Below, one piece after another: positions 60,563 through 62,954 of a DNA stretch of 62,954 bases. The position numbers and the translations under genes are program-made. Each line of letters opens with the position of its first letter. Position 1 is the first letter of the stretch. The stretch covers positions 1-62,954 of IMG/VR virus record IMGVR_UViG_3300035703_000093, one strand, 5' to 3'. The DNA comes from a virus (lineage: Duplodnaviria > Caudoviricetes). The notes beneath the pieces are model-generated. The model was not told the DNA's origin. It did not search any database and worked only from the letters and a program-made list of their open reading frames with translations.

Positions 60563-62068
60563 ATGGCATACTCACTCGACGGCCCCAATGACGGAGCCTC
60601 ACTCGCCGCGCAGTCGGACCCGCGCTTTCTTTGGTCCAAAGCCATCAGCATTTATGAAGGAGAAGAAGATCCCTTCATGGCGATGGAAGGTGGCGGCGAC
60701 GCCATCATCGAAACGAAAACCGAAACCGGCGCGGACGCCGGCACCACCATCCGCTTCCAAGTCACCTCCGAGTTCGGGGATGAGGGCAAGCAGGGTGACG
60801 AAACCTTCGAGGACAGCGACGACTACGAGGAAATGCTCCTCGGAGACTTCGAGCTGACCGTCGATTGGCTGCGTCACGGCACCCGCTGGAAGAAACGAGG
60901 CATGGAGATCATGGGCATCGGTGGCGAACTCAAGCGCCACATTCCCAAACTCCTGGGCCGCTGGCTCGGCAAGGCGAAGTCTCACAGCATGCAGATGACC
61001 ATGCTGCACAAGACCAACGCCGCCAATCACTTCTACACGGCTGGCAGCCAGGACGGCATCACCATGGGCGACTGCCTGACCTACGACGAGATCGTCAAAG
61101 GTGGCGCAATCCTCAAGCCTCTCGGCGGCACTCCAGCCCGCATCGGCCGCGACAGCGCGGGCAATCCGATCTGGGGCGCGACAATCCTGGCCACAGACAA
61201 CGCCACCTACGGCCTCAAGCTGGACCCGGTTTACCGGCTCAACCTCCAGAACGGGTTCACCCGTGGAGGTGACAACTACCTGTTCTCCGGCGGCGTCGCC
61301 AATGTGGACGGCCATCTCATCAAGGAGTATGTGCCGAAGCGTGGTGACATCGAAGGCGCGGTGGGTTCTCCCCTCAACCCGCAGGCGCTGCTCGGCGTCG
61401 CCATCACCGGCGCCACCACTGCCCTGGAAATCAAGGGCGGCGGCAACGCCACCTCGGCGGCGAAGACGAAGAAGAAATACTTCAAATATTTCCCCAAATT
61501 CGCCTATTCCTGGCGTGCCGCGCAGGGCAGCCGCACGGCTGACACCCTTTCCGCCACGTCCGAGATCTGCTGGGACCTCACGGCGCTCGGTGCGGATGGT
61601 GCCACGGCGAACGTGTTCTACGTCCGCATCACCAATCCTCCGAATGCTGCCACGGACCCCGGCAAGTGGTGCATTTATGAGATCACCACCAACGATGGCA
61701 ACATCCTGACCACCAGTGCCCGGCTGGGTGCTTCTTCCTCCGGTCAGCGCTACACCACGGTGGGAGCGGTGACATGGGATGCCAACAAGCACACCGTCAC
61801 GCATGGTGTCGGCTCCCTCGTCACCCTGTGCAACGCCTCCGGCGTGCCTCTCGGTGCCACCCTGGTGCTCTACCGCCAGGCTGCCTACCGTGGCTACGGC
61901 TCGGTGCGCAACAACCGCGTCGAAGACTCGAAGGAAGGCGGCTTCATCCAGGAGCGCTACATCGAGAGCGTCTTCGGCCAGTGTTTGCGTGAGGACCGTG
62001 TCGGGAACAAACCCGGCATCGCGGTCATCAAGCATGCCATTCACTACCCCGGCATCATTGATGCCTAA
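60563..62068 (+). CDS. Major capsid protein (DUF4043/N4-gp56-like)
   Basis: AGTTIRF...G.EG..GDE; LTVDWLRHG; L.RWLG; LK.DP.Y; YLFSGGVANVDG. Strong codon bias. Confidence 0.82.
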   Translation: MAYSLDGPNDGASLAAQSDPRFLWSKAISIYEGEEDPFMAMEGGGDAIIETKTETGADAGTTIRFQVTSEFGDEGKQGDETFEDSDDYEEMLLGDFELTVDWLRHGTRWKKRGMEIMGIGGELKRHIPKLLGRWLGKAKSHSMQMTMLHKTNAANHFYTAGSQDGITMGDCLTYDEIVKGGAILKPLGGTPARIGRDSAGNPIWGATILATDNATYGLKLDPVYRLNLQNGFTRGGDNYLFSGGVANVDGHLIKEYVPKRGDIEGAVGSPLNPQALLGVAITGATTALEIKGGGNATSAAKTKKKYFKYFPKFAYSWRAAQGSRTADTLSATSEICWDLTALGADGATANVFYVRITNPPNAATDPGKWCIYEITTNDGNILTTSARLGASSSGQRYTTVGAVTWDANKHTVTHGVGSLVTLCNASGVPLGATLVLYRQAAYRGYGSVRNNRVEDSKEGGFIQERYIESVFGQCLREDRVGNKPGIAVIKHAIHYPGIIDA

Positions 62069-62074
62069 CCCCTC

Positions 62075-62113
62075 GGTGGAGCCGGGGGCCAGTGATGGCC
62101 CCCGGTTTCTACC
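62075..62113 (+). terminator. Long GC hairpin after the capsid gene
   Basis: GGTGGAGCCGGGGGCCA-GTGA-TGGCCCCCGGTTTCTACC followed by a pyrimidine tract. Confidence 0.6.
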
Positions 62114-62150
62114 TTTCCTCTGCCTCCCCTCCCCTGCCCCCCTCTTTTTT

Positions 62151-62861
62151 ATGAAACAAGTTCTTGGCCTCATTTACATCCCCGTCGTGTCACGCAGCGT
62201 GTCGCGGGTGAAGGAATTCCGGCGCTGCCCGGAGCACGACAACCTGCTGGCCTACGAAGGCCGGGCTTTGTCGGTCGAGGAATTCAACAAAGCCGCGCCC
62301 AAGGTCATGGGTGCGGGGGCTACGTCGCTTTACGGCGTGCAACCCATCGCCAAGCTCGTCGAAGTCGAGGTGGCGGAATCCGCCCCGGTCGAGGCACCGC
62401 CGGCGAAACCCGCGCCCAAAGCCAAGCCTGCGCCGGTCATCGAGCTGCCCAAGGTCACGCTGGAGCCTTCCGGCGACGGCTTTGTGCTGGTGAACTACGA
62501 AGGCGACGAGGCCCGCTACATGGGCGAGTCACTAGCCTGGGAGTCGGATGTGTCCCTGGTCATTCCTTTTGCCACCGAAGATGCCGCACGGGCGGCGTGT
62601 CCTGGCGTGCTCGTTGACAAAGCCCCGGCTGCCAACGAGCCAAGCGAATCTCTGACGGCGGACTCGGGGGCGAGTCCAAAGTTGGTTGAGGAAAGCGCCC
62701 CGGCTCCGCAAGAGCCGGAGGCGCAGCCCTCGTCGCCTGCCGTCGATCCGGCGAACATCCGCAACACGGTGATGAAGGCCCAGTCTGAAAAGCGGGCTGC
62801 CAAAGCCGCCCGGAATGCTCCGGCCCCCAAGAAAGTCACGCCGCCTCCTGCGGCCAAGTAA
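62151..62861 (+). CDS. Hypothetical Pro/Ala-rich head-module protein
   Basis: MKQVLGLIYIPV... Confidence 0.6.
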   Translation: MKQVLGLIYIPVVSRSVSRVKEFRRCPEHDNLLAYEGRALSVEEFNKAAPKVMGAGATSLYGVQPIAKLVEVEVAESAPVEAPPAKPAPKAKPAPVIELPKVTLEPSGDGFVLVNYEGDEARYMGESLAWESDVSLVIPFATEDAARAACPGVLVDKAPAANEPSESLTADSGASPKLVEESAPAPQEPEAQPSSPAVDPANIRNTVMKAQSEKRAAKAARNAPAPKKVTPPPAAK

Positions 62862-62887
62862 CCCCTGCCATGCTCCTGCTGCTCGCC

Positions 62888-62954
62888 ATGACCATTGCCC
62901 AACTGTTCACGCAAATGTCGCAGAACCTCTCGAAGGTTCCGGCGTCCATGGACT
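62888..62954 (+). CDS. 5' end of a probable head-tail adaptor gene (partial)
   Basis: MTIAQLFTQMSQNL..., open to the window end. Confidence 0.45.
   Translation, partial: MTIAQLFTQMSQNLSKVPASMD

Larger units (their letters stand above)
1..62954. mobile_element. Temperate tailed phage genome (podovirus-like), near complete, excised/attP configuration
   Basis: Terminase, portal, scaffold, capsid, endolysin, repressor, antirepressor and integrase are present. attP is internal with phage genes on both sides. No host housekeeping genes, tape measure or sheath were recognised. Confidence 0.9.

Noticed and set aside
1-62954. Terminal direct repeat or closed circle
   Set aside because: The end (…TCCATGGACT) does not overlap the start (ATGTGTGAGC…). 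A gene appears cut at both ends, so some sequence is missing.

Overview
The window looks like a near-complete, circularly permuted genome of a GC-rich temperate, podovirus-like phage in its excised state. It has an intact tyrosine integrase next to an attP that matches the 3' half of tRNA-Phe, and phage genes on both sides. A PVC-group host such as Verrucomicrobia is a tentative inference only. Modules in order: tail and accessory virion genes (1-5283); int/attP (5284-6770); a long leftward early/replication operon (7772-21630: methyltransferase, MazG-like, J-domain, DHH, SSB, replication initiator, DUF2303, BRO-antirepressor); XRE repressor (22121-22738); small genes including a RusA-like resolvase; a 6629-aa polyvalent internal-virion-like protein; endolysin; portal (minus strand); terminase, scaffold and major capsid (plus strand). 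The main discovery is a phage-borne integron at 22962-25599. It has five well-formed attC sites on the minus strand, a putative attI and an internally deleted 98-aa IntI in canonical divergent orientation. Each cassette's R' box is complementary to the R'' box of its own attC, which is the signature of true cassette integration. Unusually, every cassette ORF is antisense to the attC orientation, and several start inside their own attC and stop inside the neighbouring cassette's attC. A sixth attC-like site and a tRNA-like element lie between portal and terminase. The genome is also peppered with heptamer tandem repeats and REP-like palindromes, many of them in frame inside genes. All calls come from reading the sequence by eye; no searches were run.
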